64,000 nt of DNA. Origin: Bacteroidia bacterium (lineage in GTDB: Bacteria > Bacteroidota > Bacteroidia > AKYH767-A > OLB10). Positions 63,999 to 64,000 of the stretch are shown piece by piece. Below the pieces are notes generated by a model that saw only the letters and a list, made by a program, of their open reading frames with translations, was not told the origin of the DNA and ran no database searches. A program made the position numbers and the translations under genes. How positions within the stretch are numbered: position 1 is the first letter of the stretch; every line of letters begins with the position of its first letter. The stretch lies in the NCBI GenBank assembly GCA_038320345.1, contig JBBQED010000001.1, positions 194,357-258,356 of the forward strand. Direction: 5' to 3'.

Positions 63999-64000
63999 AG

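Noticed and set aside
1-64000. I considered whether the window is a genomic island or a mobile element.
   Set aside because: I saw no integrase, transposase, tRNA attachment site, flanking direct repeats or phage/conjugation genes. Core genes (lpxD, fhs) are interspersed throughout.

Overview
This is a visibly AT-rich chromosomal segment (GC not computed) that reads as Bacteroidota. Seven proteins end in type IX secretion (T9SS) C-terminal sorting domains, and there is a GH92 mannosidase, an SBBP-repeat protein, a TPR-LytS-type kinase and LpxD. I can support about 47 protein-coding genes. I saw no rRNA, tRNA, CRISPR array, transposase or integrase. Content includes a NarL-type two-component pair, a TMEM175-like channel and two very large repeat adhesins: 1636 aa with a type B sorting domain, and 2204 aa built from ten ~101-aa Thr/Asn/Gly units. 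It also holds an SdpR-SdpI-hydrolase operon, two VPS10/BNR propeller proteins and housekeeping genes (lpxD, fhs, beta carbonic anhydrase, fatty acid desaturase, alkB). The best candidate for an undescribed system is 39312-44980. It is a tightly coupled six-gene plus-strand cluster joining a T9SS-exported CotH-family kinase, two small exported proteins, a cytoplasmic VTC (polyphosphate polymerase tunnel) domain protein, a polytopic DUF4956-like membrane protein and a DUF2490-like outer-membrane barrel. The layout suggests a trans-envelope polyphosphate/kinase module. Secondary candidates are a translationally coupled NYN-nuclease/AlkB pair (57688-58877) and the SdpR-SdpI-secreted hydrolase operon (16639-18536). 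Unexplained intergenic structures are a 34-nt perfect palindrome at 35682, a 39-nt hairpin at 3669 and a GC-rich hairpin element at 57408. All family assignments come from motif recognition by eye on the supplied translations; no database search or computation was run.
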